From: Hypanus sabinus
Lineage: Eukaryota
Reading direction: 5' to 3'
Assembly: GCF_030144855.1 (NCBI RefSeq)
Contig: NC_082709.1
Coordinates: 128,774,001 to 128,838,000, forward strand
DNA: 64,000 nucleotides
The translations under genes were made by a program, and so were the position numbers. The number at the start of each line of letters is the position of its first letter. The stretch's first letter is position 1. The notes under the pieces were generated by a model, which saw only the letters and a program-made list of their open reading frames with translations, made no database searches and was not told the origin of the DNA. This document shows positions 62,625-64,000 of the stretch, one piece after another.

Positions 62625-64000
62625 TTTCTTTTTTTTTCAATCTTTTTATTGAATTTCATATATATAAAAAAACATAACATAATAATGAATAGGTTATAAA
62701 TGCATTAGACTTGAAATTGAATTAATAATAGGATAACAATATCCTATTAAAATATCAACAGGAAAACATAGTACGTTATCAATCAAGCCTATAATAATTA
62801 TATGAAAAAAAATAAGAATAATCATCAAAAGAAAAAGAAAAAATTGTAAAAATACAAGCAAAAAATATATATTGAGAAAAAAAATGCTAAACTAAACTAA
62901 CAATGGGCAATAATAACAGTTTATTTGTATATGATAGTGCCAAAAACTCCGGAACTCCATACCAGAACAAGAATAAACAGAGAAAAGGTCTGGGAGAGGT
63001 CAAGTTAATTCATATGAAAATGTCGAATGAACGGTCCCCAAGTTTCTTCAAATTTAACTGATGAGTCAGAAATAGTGCTTCTAATTTTTTCCAAGCTCAG
63101 ATAAGAAATAGTTTGAGAGAGCCACTGAAATGTGGTAGGAGGATTAACCTCTTTTAAATTTTGCAATATAGACCTTCTGGCCATTAATGTTACAAAAGCA
63201 ATCATTCGTCTAATTGAAGGGGAAAATTGATTACCATCCTCATTTGGTATACCAAAAATTGCAGTAATAAAATGAGGTTGTAAATCGATATTCCAAATTG
63301 AGGAAATGGTTGCAAATATGTCCTTCCAATAATTATATAAGGTGGGACATGACCAAAACATATGGGTCAATGAAGCCACATCTGAATGACATCTGTCACA
63401 TTGAGGGTTAATATGACAGTTGAATCGAGCAAGTTTATCTTTAGACATATGAGCTCTATGTACAATTTTAAATTGTATTAAAGCATGTTTAGCACATATA
63501 GAAGAAGAATTAACCATTTGTAAAATTTTTTCCCATTTTTCTATTGATATATTATATTGAATTTCTTTTTCCCATTCTTGTTTTATTCTACCTGATATTT
63601 CTGGTTGTATCTTCATAATCATTTTATAAATAAAAGCCACTAATCCCTTCTGATAGGGATTTAAAGTAAAAATCATACCTAAAAAGTCCATTGAAGTTGA
63701 GTTGGGGAAGGATAGTAGAACTTTATGTAAAACATTTCTGATTTGTAGATATCTAAAAAAGTTAGATTTAGGTAATTCAAATTTGTTGGAAAGTTGGTCG
63801 AAAGGCATCAATCTACCTTCAAAAAAGAGATCACGAAAACATTTTATACCTTTCCTTTTCCATATGCTAAAAGCTTGATCTGTCAAAGAAGGTTTGAAAA
63901 AAAAAATTAAGTAAGATAGGGCTATCAAGAGCAAAGTTTTTCAGAGTAAAAAATTTACGAAATTGAAACCAAATTCGTAATGTATGTTTGACAACAGGGT
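62625..64000 (-). mobile_element. L1-clade LINE 3' end (ORF2 C-terminus with CCHC zinc-binding domain), running off the window
   Basis: 309-aa ORF 63005-63934 with FFRYLQIR, QFKIVHR, CDRC...LTHMFWSCP; AATAAA and poly(A) tail at 62625-62650 on the minus strand. Confidence 0.88.

Overview
Eukaryotic intronic DNA with no prokaryotic genes or CRISPR. The window covers six + strand exons of a dystrophin gene. Their lengths (189, 182, 151, 120, 102, 108 bp) and phases match human DMD exons 10-15 as I recall them, encoding the end of hinge 1 and spectrin repeats R1-R3. The repeat landscape (HE1/V-SINE-like SINEs, CR1, Rex-Babar, Penelope-like elements) suggests a cartilaginous fish, probably a ray (inference). 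Intron 13 (24233-59966, 35.7 kb) is expanded by nested transposons. Most notable: (1) two independent ~5.0 kb insertions of a Gmr1-like (SCAN-type gag) LTR retroelement encoding only Gag, a CCHC knuckle, protease and an orphan tail, with no RT/RNase H/integrase and a shared aberrant tRNA-Pro-like PBS; (2) many Penelope-like remnants carrying minimal hammerhead-ribozyme motifs, three of them TSD-flanked palindromes, one containing an inverted copy of its own integration junction; (3) a U6 snRNA retrocopy fused directly to the 5' end of a tRNA-derived SINE; (4) three multi-layer nested insertions; (5) a perfect 63-bp palindrome in unique sequence. Repeat family names come from motif recognition, not database searches, and boundaries of decayed repeats are approximate.
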